Shown piece by piece: positions 13,056 to 26,478 of a stretch of 64,000 nucleotides of DNA. The DNA is from Eledone cirrhosa. Lineage: Eukaryota. Where the stretch lies: contig OZ024741.1 in NCBI GenBank assembly GCA_964016885.1, positions 41,230,001 through 41,294,000 on the forward strand, read 5' to 3'. The notes beneath the pieces were generated by a model. It searched no databases, was not told where the DNA came from, and was given only the letters and a program-made list of their open reading frames with translations. Made by a program: the position numbers and the translations under genes. Within the stretch, counting starts at the first letter, position 1. Each line of letters opens with the position of its first letter.

Positions 13056-13214
13056 AAATTGCATAATAGATGTATACCAACATAATCTAAGGAAAAAAGC
13101 AAAGAAAAACAAAGAGGAAAAAGCGTGTGCTATGCCACTAACCAGGAGACGGACGTAGCAGCATGTTTCCACACTGCTCACCCACCTCTGAAACGGTGTT
13201 GTATATATATATAT

Positions 13215-13405
13215 GTGTGATCAATATTGAAACAATTGTAATATGCCAATAAAGTTTGTACATATGGTGCAACACTGACTTCGATCCTACTTACTCTCTT
13301 TACACTCAGTATGCTACAGCTGCTTTAACTCTGGAATAAACCCCAACATGAGACGGAACTTGTAACAACTTTGAGTGCTTTGAACAGTTACAAACCTAAC
13401 TAACA
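13215..13405 (+). mobile_element. PLE pseudo-LTR-like fragment: 3' half of a hammerhead plus the bulged hairpin
   Basis: GAAA-CAATTG-TA at 13229-13240, AATAAA at 13248, ACTC-AGT..ACT-TT-GAGTGC at 13304-13378. Confidence 0.6.
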
Positions 13406-13845
13406 CACATGCACATATATGTATATACGTATGCATATATATATATACATATGCATATAGACATATATATAAAGCGGACGTAAAATGAAATGAATGAATG
13501 CATATGTATATATATATGCATATGTATACATATGCATATAGACATATATATATATATACATATGCATATATATATACATATGCATTCATTCATTTCATTT
13601 TACGTCCGCTTTTCCCGGGAGCTGATTCTGGCTTGATTTCTAAAGCTGGATGCCCTTCCTAACACCAACCTCATTTACAGTGAGTACTGGATGCTCTTTT
13701 GCCGTGGCACCTCCACGACCACTTTGCAGTGGAATGATAGGGAGCCCAGTCCCTATCATCTCATTTCTACAGCTGAGTAAACTGGAGCAATGTGAAATAA
13801 AGTGTCTTGCTCAAGGAAACAACACATCACCCGGTCTGAGAATTG

Positions 13846-13869
13846 ATATATATATATATATATATATAT

Positions 13870-13956
<87 letters not shown>

Positions 13957-14093
13957 TATGTATATAGGTATATACATATATGTCTGTATATATATATATG
14001 TGTATATATGTATATACATATATGTATATATGTATATACATATATGTATATATGTATACATACATATATGTATATACATATATGTATATATGT

Positions 14094-14153
<60 letters not shown>

Positions 14154-14260
14154 ACATATATACATATATGTATATACATATATGTATACATATATACATA
14201 TATGTATATACATATATACACATATATATATATACAGACATATATGTATATACCTATATA
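13846..14260. repeat. (AT)n/(ACAT)n compound microsatellite, representative of dozens in the window (e.g. 5507-5762, 15048-15260, 33576-33886, 45958-46436)
   Basis: Direct inspection; these tracts generate the spurious YIYI ORFs. Confidence 0.97.
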
Positions 14261-15047
14261 CATCATCATCATCATCATTTTACGTTCACTTTTCCCTGCT
14301 TACAAGGGTGGGACGGGTCTTATTCAGAACAGGATTTCTCCACTTGTCACGGTCCTTCGTCATCTCCACCGTGAGCTTCAGCGATCTGAGGTCTGTTCTC
14401 ACCACCTCCACCCATGTTTTTGTGGTCTACCTCTACCACGTCTGTCTTCAACTAGCATTTCCTGGCACTTCTTCACCCATCGGTCATCCTCCATGTGCAT
14501 CACATGTCCGTACCACCACAGTCTCCTCTCTCACACACTACATTCTATCCTGCTCAGACACAGTTTCTCTCTCAACACATCCAAGCTGGGCCGTTCATGC
14601 ACATTGACATTACACATCCAACGTCGCATGCTTGCCTCATTTCTCTCCAGCCATCGCATATCCTCTGCAGGTGCTGCCCAAGTCTCACTACCATGCAGCA
14701 TCGCGCTCCTCACACAGGCATCATATAACTGGCCTTTCGTACGCAGGGAGAAACCCTTCTTCGTCAGCAGAGAAAGCAGTTCCCTAAACTTCTTCCAACC
14801 CATACTTATTCTAGATACTATGGCCTCGGACCCCCCCCCCCCCTCCATGCTAATCTGATCTCCTAGGTACCAGAAGCTATCCACCACTTCTAAAGCACCC
14901 GCCTGCATTTGAAAAATGTGTCTATCAATGTGACTTCTACTGTCTAATTTCTCTGTACATCTACTGCATACATATTTCTCCCTACCTGTTAGTTTGCCTG
15001 CTATCCAACTACATCTCTTGTGTACCCAGGATCTGAATTGTGTGCAT
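14261..15047 (-). mobile_element. RTE LINE 3' fragment (family of 36101-37548)
   Basis: [29 protein letters not shown]; (GAT)n tail; (AT)n at both ends. Confidence 0.9.
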
Positions 15048-15656
15048 TTTATATATATATATATATACACATATATATGTATACATATACACATACATAT
15101 GTATACATATACACACATATATGTATACATATACACATATATGTATACATATACACATATATATGTATACATATACACATACATATGTATGCATATATAT
15201 GTGTGTGTGTATATATATAGACATATATATGTGTGTATATATATATACACACACACACATGTATCCTATTCAGAATAGTTCTGGTGCTGATAACTTACTG
15301 AGTGACTACAGTAAACAAAGCCCATGGAAATCATTAATCATTGCAGAGTAAAAAATCACCAATCTGACATCTTCCATTCTCAAACAATTCAACATGGTGG
15401 AACCTATTTTCATTGTCATTGTTTTTTTATTTTGATATACTTTTATTTTAGATTTTCCTCTCTTTCTGACTGTTCTCTCATTTTCCATACACAATTTATA
15501 ACTCCCAATGAAAAACTGACGAAACTTTCATGAGTAAATTATACTCACAGACACATATATGAGATGTGAGTGTATATGTATACAAATATATATATATATG
15601 CAGATATATATGTGTGTATATATATATATATATGCAGATATATATGTATATATATA

Positions 15657-15960
15657 AGAAAGTGAGGTTTTTTTTACAAAATGAAAAATAACCGAGGTGT
15701 CCTACACGAGTGAAACTATAAAGAAAAAGAGATGAAATCGAAAATGCAACTGGAGTCTTATTTTTTTTTAAAATATATATATTTATTTGGTTCCTTTACC
15801 GGTTTCACAGTTCTTCTGCTTTTCAAAAGTGGAGTTGAGATGGAGGGTCTGTGGTTTTTCTCACATCTGAGATGTGAGAAAAACCACAGACCCTCCATCT
15901 CAACTCACCTTGCAGTTGAGATGAGACTCCAGTTGCATTTTCGATTTCATCTCTTTTTCT
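15657..15960 (-). mobile_element. Fold-back PLE-like element (family P3) with a variant hammerhead at 15793-15830
   Basis: Palindrome 15832-15907 and second inverted pair 15722-15757 / 15924-15960; minus strand CTT-TTGAAAA-GCAG-AAGAA-CTGT-GAAA-CCGG-TA-AAG; second copy at 42343-42545. Confidence 0.7.
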
Positions 15961-16044
15961 ATATATATATATATATATATATATGCAGATAGATATGTAT
16001 ATGCTAGCGTGGAAAATGGACGTTAAACGAAGATGATGATGATG

Positions 16045-16087
<43 letters not shown>

Positions 16088-16101
16088 TATGTATATGTAA
16101 T

Positions 16102-16900
16102 GTATATATATAAAATTAAGTATGTGTGTGTGTCTGTGTATTACCTATAGGGGCCTACATCTTACGACCGATTTTCATGAAACTTTACAGGCTCATAGAT
16201 TAGTCATCGGGGAGTGTTTTCTATATATCAGCGTATCGTTTTTTTTATTCCGGTGTCATTCTGCAGATAAAAATCGATAGGGGGTTCACCTTTTTTTAGG
16301 TATCGAAAAATAAGATTTTGGGCTCTAGCTCCCACATTTTGCCACCAATTTCGTTCAAATTTTAAAGCAAAATAGAATTTATCATTGCACGTCCTGTAAT
16401 AGCTTTATATTTTGCATTTGTTGTTCAGGATCGGTGGGGCAGCTGCTTAAATATTCAAAAATACCACTTTTAGACTCAAATTTCCACTTTTTCAGCTCTA
16501 GCTCCCACATTAATCAACCTACTTTGTTCAAATTTTACACTTCGCTAAATCTGATTATTTCACGTCTTGAAGTGGCTTTACATTTTGGATTTTTTGTTCA
16601 GGAACGGCGTGGCAGCAGCTTAAATATTCGAAATACCACCTTTTCGCTCAAATTTCCGCCTATTGCGTCTAGCTCCCACATTTTTCAACTGATTTCGTTC
16701 AAATTCGAAACTCCCTCCCCCAGCATGCCCCTTCGTCAGTCACCAGCGTACCTCAGTGATAGGGGTCATCACCACGCTCCCCCGGATGGCTTGTGTGTGG
16801 CCATAGATGAGTCATCGAGAAGCAGTCGCTAAGATCAATACCTTTTCATCAAAGCAGAAATTATTTTACCTACCCAGGCAATGCTGGGTACTGCTGCTAG
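16102..16900 (+). mobile_element. Non-autonomous Helitron
   Basis: 5' TATATATAAAA..CCGATTTTCATGAAACTT; 3' hairpin TACCCAGGCAATGCTGGGTA followed 6 nt later by CTAG then T at 16897-16901; internal subrepeats CTAGCTCCCACATT. Confidence 0.8.
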
Positions 16901-16929
16901 TATATATATGCAGTATGCATATATATATA

Positions 16930-18706
16930 TCATCATCATCGTTTAACGTCTATCTTCCACGCTAGCATGGGTTTAGACGGGAATTGTCCCACTTGAGGCA
17001 AGATTGGTTGTCTTGCTCGTGTAGGACTGTCTGGCAGGTTTTTACCGTGTTACCTACACGGCCACATTACAGCGTGGACTGTGTGTTTTTTTTTTGTCGT
17101 GACACCTACACGACCTCATTTATTTATGACTGGATGTTGTGGTATCAACATAACTTTACAGCGAAAGGGGTGGTGTAGATGGGGGTGGGGATAGGGGGAC
17201 TGGGATGGGGGTGTATTTTTGGTTAAGAGGTGCCTACTGACTGTGGTTTCGCTTTGTACTTAGGCAAGGCGGGTCTTCTGTATTACTACATAGTGCCAAA
17301 GATCTCGGTCCAGTGACATTGTCTTGGAGAGGTGTAAGTGTGTGAGGTCGGATTTTATCAAGTCGTCCCAGGTTTTTCTGGGTCTGCCTACTCCGTATCT
17401 ACCGTCTATTTTGATCGCTCTGTACTTTTTTATACAGCTGTCATCTTTCATGTGTATCACGTGACCATACCAACGTAGTCTTCTCTCAAGTAAACAGCAT
17501 CTGATCCCTCTTATTCCTAATTTCTCACTTAGTTCATTTATGCTTTGCCGTTCATTTATATTACTATTACACATCCATCGGAGCATGCAAGATTCGTTCT
17601 TCTCTAGTCTGCGTAGATCCTCTGCACACAATGCCCAAGTCTCACTGCTATGTAACATTGCTGTTCGTATGCAGGCATCATACAGTCTGCCTTTCATTTT
17701 TAGAGAGAAACCTTTAGCGGCCAATAGTGATATAAGCTCTCTGAACTTTTTCCATCCTGTTCTGACTCTAGCTACTGTACTTTCAGAGCACCCTCCCCCA
17801 CTGCTGATTTTGTCACCCAGGTAATGGAAGGTGTCCACTATTTCTATAGAACCATCTGGGCAATGGAAGGAGCTAGTCTCCTGTGGGCACTTGCTACTAC
17901 TTATTGCACCTGAGCACCGGCCACATATAAAATCTATGTTCTTAGCTTACCTGTGATCCCATTCCATCTTTTATGCACCCATACTTTGCATTTGCGACAT
18001 AAAATAGAGTTTCTGCTTACTCCTTTCCTACACACTGAGCATGGCCATTTCCCAGAGGGGACCAGTGCCCTATTTTCCTTCCTACATAGTAGAACTTTAG
18101 TCTTAGACAAGTTAATTTTAAGGCCTTTTGATTCTAGGCCGTGCTTCCATGTTTGGAATTTCTTCTCTAGTTCAGCCATTGATTCAGCTATGAGCGTTAG
18201 ATCATCTGCGTATAGAAGTTCCCATGGGCAGCCGGTCTTGAACTACTCTGTTATAGCCTGAGGAGCAATGATAAATAGGAAGGGCTAAGGATAGAGCCCT
18301 GATGAACACCAACTTTTACGCTAAACTTTTCACTATATTCGTTGTTAACTTGCTGACTGTTTCTTTATACATGTCTTATATTGCTCTCACAAGCCATTCA
18401 TCAACACCTAGTTTTCTGAGAGCCCACCAGATAATGGAGCGGGGTACTCTGTCAAAGGCTTTCTTCAAGTCAACAAAAGCTAAGTATAGGGGTTTACTTT
18501 TAGCTAGGTACTTCTCCTGTAGTTGTCGTACAAGGAAAAGAGCGTCAGTGGTACTTTTACCTGACACAAACCCAAACTGCATTTCATCTAGCTCAATTCG
18601 CTCTCTGATTAGTTGCGCTATAACTTTTTCTGTGACCTTCATGACCTGGTCAATTAATTTAATGTGTCTATAGTTTCCCCTATCTAGGGCATCTCCTTTG
18701 ATTGCC
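16930..18706 (-). mobile_element. RTE LINE, 5'-truncated and frameshifted
   Basis: ORFs 18376-18706, 17934-18179 and 17260-17838 carry RT motifs ([32 protein letters not shown]). Confidence 0.92.
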
Positions 18707-18818
18707 TTATGCAGATATATGTGTGTATAATATATATATAGTGAGAGAGATAGATAGATAGAAATATGTACACATACATACATTCATATACACAATTACA
18801 TGTATATACACATATGTG

Positions 18819-18860
<42 letters not shown>

Positions 18861-18879
18861 TCAACTTCATTATCATCAT

Positions 18880-19557
18880 CGATTTTATGTCCGTCTCCTC
18901 TGTGAGTCTCACTGATTTGAGATCAGCTCTGACCACTTCTGTCCAGGTCCACCTCTACTGTGGCTTCCTTCCACTGGCATTTCCTGACACTTTTTCAGCC
19001 AATGATCATTATCCATGGGCATCATATGTCCATACCAATTGAGTCTTCTCTGCTGTAGACCACTTCAGATTTCTCTTAAACCCAGCTTCTCCCTCAACAC
19101 GTCTAAGCTCTACTTTTCTCTCACATTTATGTTGCACATCAAATGAAACATGGTTGCCTCATTTCTCTTCAGTCAACACACGTACTCTGCAGTCACAGTC
19201 CATGTTTCACTACCACACACCATCGCACTTCACACACAGGTGTCATACAGTCGTACTTTTGTACATAGGGAGAAACCTTTTGTGGTTAACAGTGGGAGTG
19301 GCTCTCTAAACAATTTCCATCCTATCCATATTGTAGCTATTATGCTCTCCGAACACCCCCCTCCATTGCCTAGGTAGCAGAAGCTATCAACCACTTCTTT
19401 AGGTTCTTCTTGTGACTGGAATTGTGACATCACTCGGTTACCTCTGTGCATCTTCTACATACAAAGTCTTCCCTTCCTGTTAGTCTACCTGTCATCATAC
19501 TCCATCTCTTGTATACCCAAGATTTACATTGTGTACATCATATGGATCTTATGCCTA
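18880..19557 (-). mobile_element. Old degenerate RTE 3' fragment
   Basis: EVVDSFCYLG..GGGCSESI..LLTTKGFSL..RLYDTCV. Confidence 0.8.
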
Positions 19558-19779
19558 TACACACACACACACATATATATTCATACACATTGTTTCTTTC
19601 CAGGTATGACAAATAAACCTCATTTGGCCATGTTCCATGAGAGTATCTTGGTCATCCTATGAACTTTTCAGCCAACTCTCATGTATCATCACCATTTTAC
19701 ATCCATTATTCCACGCTACCATGGGTTATACAAACATATGTATATTTAATTATATATATTGAGACAGCTCCCATGTCTT

Positions 19780-20068
19780 TCGGAAACATTTTTTCACGTT
19801 CAGAGTTGCTGAAGCATGGAACAAACTACCTGCATCAGTTGTTAGCTGTCACGACACTGCATCTTTCAAAACTTCCATGCTTCCCAAAATTCACCAACCC
19901 CACACCTAATATTCGCCCTCTATATACACACACGCGTGTGTGTGTGTATATCATGACTCATCCACTGTTCACTTTCTTGACATTTGTACATTTTTCTATG
20001 TACTATACATGCACATTTGATGAGTTGTAGTGCACCTGAGCACTGTACACAATAATTTTCATTATTAT
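19780..20068 (+). mobile_element. CR1-like LINE 3' end
   Basis: RKHFFTFRVAEAWNKLPASVVSC..SFKT followed by a 3' UTR ending in ATTATTAT. Confidence 0.75.
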
Positions 20069-20132
20069 ATTTAACTGTATACATAATTATGGATATAAGT
20101 ATATATATCCATATTACATATGGATATATATA

Positions 20133-20195
<63 letters not shown>

Positions 20196-20197
<2 letters not shown>

Positions 20198-20832
20198 TAT
20201 ATTTAGAGTTATAAACTCAAACAGTCTTTTACAATTAATTAGCTCAAAGAAAGAAGCATTTCTGAGCCGTGAAATACAAGTTAATATAAATTAATATATG
20301 ATAAACACTAATATAATCATATAAGTGTTTGTATTGTAAATGACCAAGTTAGCTAGATTGAAAAATACTAATTAGATTAATACAGTTTGCCTGTCTCGAT
20401 TTAAAATAATAAATCAATAAAAACAAACCCATATTGGCAATAGCCGTGATACCTGGACAAATTTAAATTTCAAAATCCAAACCTGTTCCGTAGACAAATT
20501 TAAATTTTAAAACCCAAATAAGTTTTGCAACGATAATTTAAAAAAGTGAAAAATTCCATTTTCTGTGGTCATCGGCAGGTATCCAGAAAATTGGTATGTT
20601 TCACCTCGAAATACTTAGGAGGACCGGTAGTCAAGTGTTAACGCACATGGTTTTCCAGCTCCTAGCTATCCCCATACTCATGCTGCTAGAAATAACAGCC
20701 GTTTTTATGGGACTAAAATTTAGCTCAACAAAAGAAGACAGGCAAACTGTATTAATCTAATTAGTATTTTTCAATCTAGCTAACTTGGTCATTTACAATA
20801 CAAACACTTATATGATTATATTAGTGTTTATC

Positions 20833-20838
<6 letters not shown>
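20196..20838. mobile_element. Fold-back element in (AT)n; about 103-bp perfect inverted arms 20293-20395 / 20735-20838
   Basis: Arms are reverse complements; the unpaired left extension carries the bulged hairpin at 20242-20267. Confidence 0.7.
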
Positions 20839-20874
<36 letters not shown>

Positions 20875-21004
20875 TTATACATACATGTATACACATAACT
20901 ATATACTTAAACACCTATATACAAACACATATCTACATATAACCAAATGTATAGCAGTCAAGCATGTTGATATGTATGTGTGTGTGTGTATATATATATA
21001 TAGT

Positions 21005-21220
21005 GAAGGCGTGTGGCTGAGTGGTTAGAGAATTGGATTCGCAATCGTAAGGTTGTGAGTTCGATTCCTGGACCAGGCGATGCGTTATGTCCTTGAGCAA
21101 GACACTTTATTTCACGTTGCTCCTTCTACCTGGAGTTGCGACCGATAGATAGTATTAGCAATTGGAAAGACCAACGGAAACATTGTTCCCTCGGTCCGAT
21201 TTGACGAAAGTCGATCGTTC
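21005..21220 (+). mobile_element. CORE-type tRNA SINE, family C (partial second copy at 42620-42795)
   Basis: A box TGGCTGAGTGG, B box GTTCGATTCC, CORE-like GTCCTTGAGCAAGACACTTTATTTCAC. Confidence 0.85.
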
Positions 21221-21341
21221 CTTTTTTTTAATATATATATAGAGAGAGTGGGGGGGGGGGTAGATAGAGAGAGAGATAGTGTGTGTGAGAGAGGGAGGAA
21301 GAGATATGGTGATTGTTCTGGTGGCTATTGTAGTGTTAGTT

Positions 21342-21903
21342 ATGGTGGTGGTGGTGGTGATGATGTAGTGGTCGTATAGTGGTGGTGGTGGTGGTGGTAG
21401 TGGTGATGGTAGTGGTAGTGGTGATGGCGGTGGTGGTGGTAGTGGTGGTGGTGGTGGTAGTGGTAGTGGTGATGATATAGTGGTCGTATAGTGGTGGTGG
21501 TGGTGGTGGTAGTGGTGATGGTGGTGGTAGTGGTGATGGTAGTGGTAGTGGTGGTGGTGATGGTGGTGGTGGTGGTAGTGGTGGTGGTGGTGGTAGTGGT
21601 GATGGTAGTGGTGGTGGTGGTGGTGGTGGTGATGGTAGTGGTGGTGGTGGTAGTGGTAGTGGTGGTGCTGTAGTGGTAGTATAGTGGTGGTGGTGGTGAT
21701 GGTAGTTGTGGTGGTGTAGTGGTGGTGTAGTGGTGGTGGTGGTGATGGTAGTGGTGGTGGTGGTGATGGCAATGGTGTGGTGTAGTAATGGTGGTGTTGT
21801 GGTGTAGTAATGGTGGTGGTGGTGGTGTGGTGTGGTGTTGTGGTGTAGTAATGGTGGTGGTGGTGTGGTGTAGTAATGGTGGTGGTGTGGTGTAGTAATG
21901 GTG
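21342..21903. repeat. Imperfect (GGT)n/(AGT) microsatellite
   Basis: Direct inspection. Confidence 0.95.
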
Positions 21904-22223
21904 ATACCGAGGCAGTATTCGTAGTAGTGCTGCTGTATGGTTTGTTTGTCCAAATGCTATGACTGCACGTAAGCTTTCAAAATAGAACTGAAAATATTTC
22001 GTGACAAATTTTCACACTATACCACAAGAGAAAAAGAACCTCAAAAACTTGTAGCTAATAGAACACACCTACACACACACACACCTAGACACACACATAC
22101 ACCTACACACACACACATACATACACACACACACCTATACACACAGTTCCATACCCACTTTTCTGATATCTGAATGTATATAATTCCCTCTCACTTTTAA
22201 ATATTGGAATGTAGCTCTCTCTC

Positions 22224-22271
<48 letters not shown>

Positions 22272-22274
<3 letters not shown>

Positions 22275-22581
22275 TCATCATCATTTTTACGTCCGCTTTT
22301 CCCTGCTTGCAAGTGTGGGATGGGAACTGATTCCGGCTTGATTTCTACAGCTGGATGCCCTTCCTAACACCAACCTCATTTACAGTGAGTGCTGGGTGCT
22401 TTTGTGTCATGGAATGATATGGACCCCAGTCCTATCATCTTATTTCTACAGCTAGGTAAACTGGAGCAATGTGAAATAAAGTGTCTTGCTCAAGGAAACA
22501 ACACATCACCCGGTCTGAGAATTGAACTCACAACCTTTCGATTGCAAGGCCAATGCTCTAACCACTAAGCCATGTGCCTCC
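22272..22581 (-). mobile_element. SINE family B
   Basis: Reverse complement of 46844-47200 with an internal deletion. Confidence 0.85.
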
Positions 22582-22620
22582 ATAGATATATATATATATA
22601 TATACTAATCATATATATAT

Positions 22621-23938
22621 ATCTGAATCAATGGCCGAGCTAGAGAAGAAATTCCAAACACGGAAGCACGGCCTAGAATCAAAAGGTCTTAAAATTAACC
22701 TGGCTAAGACTAAAGTTCTAGTTTGTAAGAAAGAAAATAAGGCGACGGTCCCTTCCGGGAAGTGGCCATGCTCAGTGTGTAGGAAAGGCGTAGGTAGAAA
22801 CTCCATTTTGTGTCCCAAATGCAAAGTATGCGTGCATAAAAGATGTAGTGGGATCACAGGTAAGCTAACTAAGAACATAGATTTTACATGTGGCCGGTGC
22901 TCTGGTGTAATAAGTAGCAGCAAGTGCCCACAAAATACTAGCTCTTTCAACTGCGCAGAGGGTTCTATAGAAATAGTGGACAGCTTCCGTTACCTGGGTG
23001 ACAAAATCAGCAGTGGGGGAGGGTGCTCTGAAAGTACAGTAGCTAGAGTCAGAACTGGACGGAAAAAGTTCAGAGAGCTTATACCACTATTAGCCGCTAA
23101 AGGGTTCTCCCTAAAAATGAAAGGCAGGTTGTATGATGCCTGCATACGAACAGCAATGTTGCATGGCAGTGAGACCTGGGCATTGTGTGCAGAGGATATA
23201 CGCAGACTAGAGAGAAAAGAAGCTTGCATGCTCCGCTGGATGTGTAATAGTAATATACGTGAACGGCAAAGCATAAACGAACTAAGGAAAAAATTAGAAA
23301 TAAGAAGGATCAGATGTTGTTTACTCGAGAGAAGGCTACGTTGGTATGGTCACGTGATGCGCATGAAAGACGATAGCTGTATAACAAAGTGCAGGGCAAT
23401 AAAGATAGACGGTAGCCATGGAATAGGCAGACCCAGAAAAACCTGGGACGAGCTGATAACCTCCGACCTCACACACTTACACCTCACCAAGACAATGTCA
23501 CTGGACCGAGACCTTTGGCGGTACTCAGTAATAGAGAAGACCCGCCTTACCTAAATACAAAGTAAAACCTACTACACTCAGCAGGCATCTCTAACAAAAT
23601 ACACCCCCGTCCCACCACCCCCACCCCATCCACACCGCCCCTTTCAATGTACAGTTATGTTGGTGCCACAACATCCAGGCCGAAACAAATGAGATCGTGT
23701 AGATGTCACGACAAAAAAACACACAGTCCACGCTGTAATGTGGCCGTGTAGGCAACACGGTAAAAACCTCCCAGCCCAACACTGTAAATGTGGTTGGTGT
23801 TAGGAAGGGCATCCAGCTGTAGAAAACCTGCCAGACAGTCCTATACGAGCAAGATAACCACTCTTGCCTCAAGTGGGAAAACCCCCGTCCAAACCCATGC
23901 AAGCGTGGAACACGGACGTTAAACGTTGATGATGATGA
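22621..23938 (+). mobile_element. RTE LINE 3' portion (open ORF 22631-23554 plus about 380-bp 3' UTR and (GAT)n tail)
   Basis: [72 protein letters not shown]; (AT)n on both sides. Confidence 0.93.
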
Positions 23939-24057
23939 TATATATATATATATATAGTAATAATAATAAAATTGAAATATATATATGTATATATATATAT
24001 ATATACTAGTATATATATATATATACTAATCATGATAAGAAGTACGAAGTGCTAGAT

Positions 24058-24113
<56 letters not shown>

Positions 24114-24159
24114 ACTCTTGCAAGCAGGGAAAAGCGGACGTAAAATGATGATGATGATG

Positions 24160-24318
24160 ATATCAGAATAGAACCTGTTTAAAACTAGTTAGACCATTAC
24201 TCAACAGAGTACTCGATACTTGGATTAGTAGAGTATGGTTATATTATAAAGAGTCGAGGACTAGCTGTTGAAAAGGCAAGAGCTCAGTCGTCGGGTCCTG
24301 ACTCTTTATAATATATAC
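24160..24318. mobile_element. Short fold-back P2 element
   Basis: Arms 24241-24261 / 24295-24314; plus-strand GAAA-AGGC..GTCG-TC hammerhead half; bulged hairpin at 24209-24234 (minus). Confidence 0.65.
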
Positions 24319-24344
24319 AAATATATTTTCATACATACATTTTT

Positions 24345-24375
<31 letters not shown>

Positions 24376-24489
24376 CCTATATACATGCGTACATAAATAC
24401 ATGTTTATGTATATAATATTCCATTTCAGGACAGAGAGATACAACTTTTAGAGGACAATCTAGCTACCACTGTGTAGTAACACAACCTA

Positions 24490-25020
24490 TGGCTGCCACA
24501 CTTCATGTGGGGGCACCCTGAGAGGAAGATCAGGAGGAAATTGTGGAGTCTTTTGATAAGAGACAAATGGATGTATGCTGTGTTCAATAGGTAAGATGAG
24601 AGGCGACTCTGCAAGACTACTCACAGGCAAATAATGCAGGCGCATTTTTCTGGGTAGGGAACAAGGAAATAGGTGGAATAAGCATTGTACTAGCTGAGAA
24701 GTACATAGATAAGGTAATTGGAGTAGTTAGAGTCAGTGATAAAATTATCAAACTCAGAATAGTCATAGGCAATAGAATGACGAGAATTATCTCAGGTTAG
24801 ACACCAAAAGCAGAACTAAGTAAGAAACAAAAGGACTACTTGTATGAGGAACATTTACAGGCAACCTCTATCACAGATGACAAAGACTTCATCATTTGGG
24901 CTGGTGACTTCAATGGGTATGTTGGGCAGCACCAGGTAGGATACACTGGAGTACACAGTGGATAAGGATATGGTGAAAGAAATGAAGAGGAAGTGAGATT
25001 CCTAAAATTATGTGTAGCAG
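24490..25020 (+). mobile_element. Degenerate RTE APE-endonuclease fragment
   Basis: FFWVGN..VVRVSDKIIKL..IIWAGDFNGYVG..GYGERNEE with in-frame stops. Confidence 0.8.
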
Positions 25021-25916
25021 TATATCTAGGAGATGGGTCACTCTGATTTCAAAGCCAGGGTGGATGGGACTCCTTGGTCATAATTATCAAAGCCCATCTG
25101 TGCACAAGAACTCAGAAATCCCCCTGGTTGGTGTCAGGGCACACAGTCCATTAAAATGAAGGACCCTGAGCTGTTGTTACGGCATTCTTCTAAGAGAGGG
25201 AAACTTTGAAGATAAACCTGCAGTTTATGTGATTACTGGTTATCATGCTTAGGTTTGTCATCAGATAATAATCTCTGAAACTTAAAAGAGAAGCACTCAT
25301 ATTGTACAAGCATTAATCCATAATATACGGATGTCTCTCCTATGATCTTCTCATCTGTCAAGGATTAATATTGTGAGATCCATATCAGGCTACATACCAA
25401 TTATGAGGTACTTTATGTTTTATGATGGGATAGTTACCTCTTAAGACATGCAGAGACAGTGTGTACCTATTCTGAACCAGATACCCACAAAAACATATAT
25501 TTACATACATACACTAATTCACACACACACATCATTGTTTTTACGTCTATTTTTCCATGTTTGAATGGGTTGGACAGGTCCTTCTCAGCACAGCATCTCA
25601 CTACACTATGCACTCCTTCCTCATCCCTTCTGTAAGTCTCAGTGACGTGAAATCAGCTCTCACCACCTCTACCCAGGTCATTCTTGGTCTAACTCTACTT
25701 TGGCTCCCTTCCACTGGCATTTCTTGGCACTTCTTCACCCAGCAATCATCACATGTCCATACCAATGCAGTCATCTATCTTAGGATTTCTCTTAAACCCA
25801 ATTTCTCCCTCAGTTCATTCAAGCTCTGCCTTTTTTCTCATTTACACACAGACACACACACACACACATATATATATATATTATATATATATGGGAATAG
25901 GAGAATATATATATAT

Positions 25917-26311
25917 GAAGGCGCATGGCTTAGTGGTTAGAGCATTAGGCTTGCAATCGAAAGGTTGTGAGTTCAATTCTCAGACCGGGTGATGTGTTGT
26001 TTCCTTGAGCAAGACACTTTATTTCACATTGCTCCAGTTTATTAAGCTGTAGAAATGAGATGATAGGACTGGGGTCCCTATCATTCCACTGCAGAGTGGT
26101 CGTGGAGGTACCACGGCAAAAAAGCACCCAGCACTCACTGTAAATGAGGTTGGTGTTAGGAAGTGCATCCAGCTGTAGAAATCAAGCCAGAATCAGTTCC
26201 CGTATGAGCAAGACAAGGTTAGTCGACCGGACACTGCCCACAACAGGACAACCCGTCTAACCCATGCTAGCATGGAAGAACGGACGTAAAACGGTGATGA
26301 GGATGATGATG
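25917..26311 (+). mobile_element. SINE family B, full length (tRNA head, CORE, RTE 3' UTR tail)
   Basis: A box TGGCTTAGTGG, B box GAGTTCAATTC, CCTTGAGCAAGACACTTTATTTCAC; tail matches the 3' UTR of the RTE at 50640-53611. Confidence 0.9.
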
Positions 26312-26328
26312 ACTATATATATATATAT

Positions 26329-26478
26329 GGGAATATATGAGTCCAGAAATAGCTGTCGAAACGGCTTGAGCTCTGCCGTCAGGGTTCCGACTCTTTTCCC
26401 ATTACCCACTCTACTACCCAAAGTATTGAGTACTCTGGTGCGTGGTCCACCTGGTTCCTTACCACACTTCCTTTGTTA
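26329..26478 (+). mobile_element. P2 element 3' part (hammerhead 3' half plus bulged hairpin)
   Basis: GAAA-CGGC..GCCG-TC at 26358-26380; ACTC-TACT..AGTA-TT-GAGTAC at 26408-26433; (AT)n on both sides. Confidence 0.7.

Noticed and set aside
13314-14260. Long [12 protein letters not shown] ORFs here and at 5.5, 15, 33.6, 43.1, 46 and 58.2 kb
   Set aside because: Translations of dinucleotide microsatellites that lack stop codons.
21005-21075. tRNA-like sequence (also at 25917 and 46844)
   Set aside because: SINE heads that continue into CORE and tail sequence; no proper acceptor stem.
21155-21953. Pro/His/Thr-rich 205-aa ORFs
   Set aside because: Products of a (GGT)n repeat; no splice or domain support.
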